From: an uncultured Chloroflexia bacterium
GTDB lineage: Bacteria > Chloroflexota > Anaerolineae > B4-G1 > SLSP01
Reading direction: 5' to 3'
DNA length: 64,000 nucleotides
Assembly: GCA_963751345.1 (NCBI GenBank)
Contig: CAVVUS010000021.1
Location: 1 to 64,000, forward strand
The position numbers and the translations under genes are program-made. Below the pieces are notes generated by a model. The model saw nothing but the letters and a program-made list of their open reading frames with translations, did no database searches and was not told the origin of the DNA. Numbering within the stretch: position 1 is the stretch's first letter; every line of letters begins with the position of its first letter. This document shows, piece after piece, positions 63,986 through 64,000 of the stretch.

Positions 63986-64000
63986 CCCAGGACTCGGACC
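63982..64000 (+). CDS. Possible start of pstA (truncated by the window edge)
   Basis: GTG overlapping the pstC stop (GTGA); identity inferred from gene order only. Confidence 0.3.

Overview
GC-rich bacterial chromosomal window with about 55 genes. Gene content (MetK type, giant FtsX-like permease, MalT-like regulator, many sugar-catabolic enzymes, URO-D-like proteins) suggests an anaerobic heterotroph, probably Chloroflexota/Anaerolineae; this is inferred, not checked. Recognisable genes are lhr, metK, glgA, an xylB-like kinase, actP with DUF485, a chrB-domain gene, hisN, a type I PMI, an AlkZ-like glycosylase, a GH31 and pstB/pstS/pstC. At least 18 genes carry single-base indels, most simply explained as uncorrected long-read errors. 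I found no CRISPR array, rRNA, tRNA, transposase, integrase or phage gene. The two strongest non-coding signals are: (1) the metK leader (8481-8605), which folds into a Shine-Dalgarno-sequestering three-way junction with a competing anti-sequester helix, a SAM-III/SAM-VI-like layout with a different core sequence and therefore a candidate new SAM riboswitch variant; and (2) eleven TTGnnn/TAnnnT promoter-like pairs upstream of genes, all with an exact 16-bp spacer. Other leads are a glgA-led operon with a GH140-like enzyme, epimerases and an FGGY kinase, an ActP with a ~170-aa insert and an anti-SD-containing leader, and REP-like elements inserted in frame in coding sequences. All calls come from reading motifs by eye; no database search was run.
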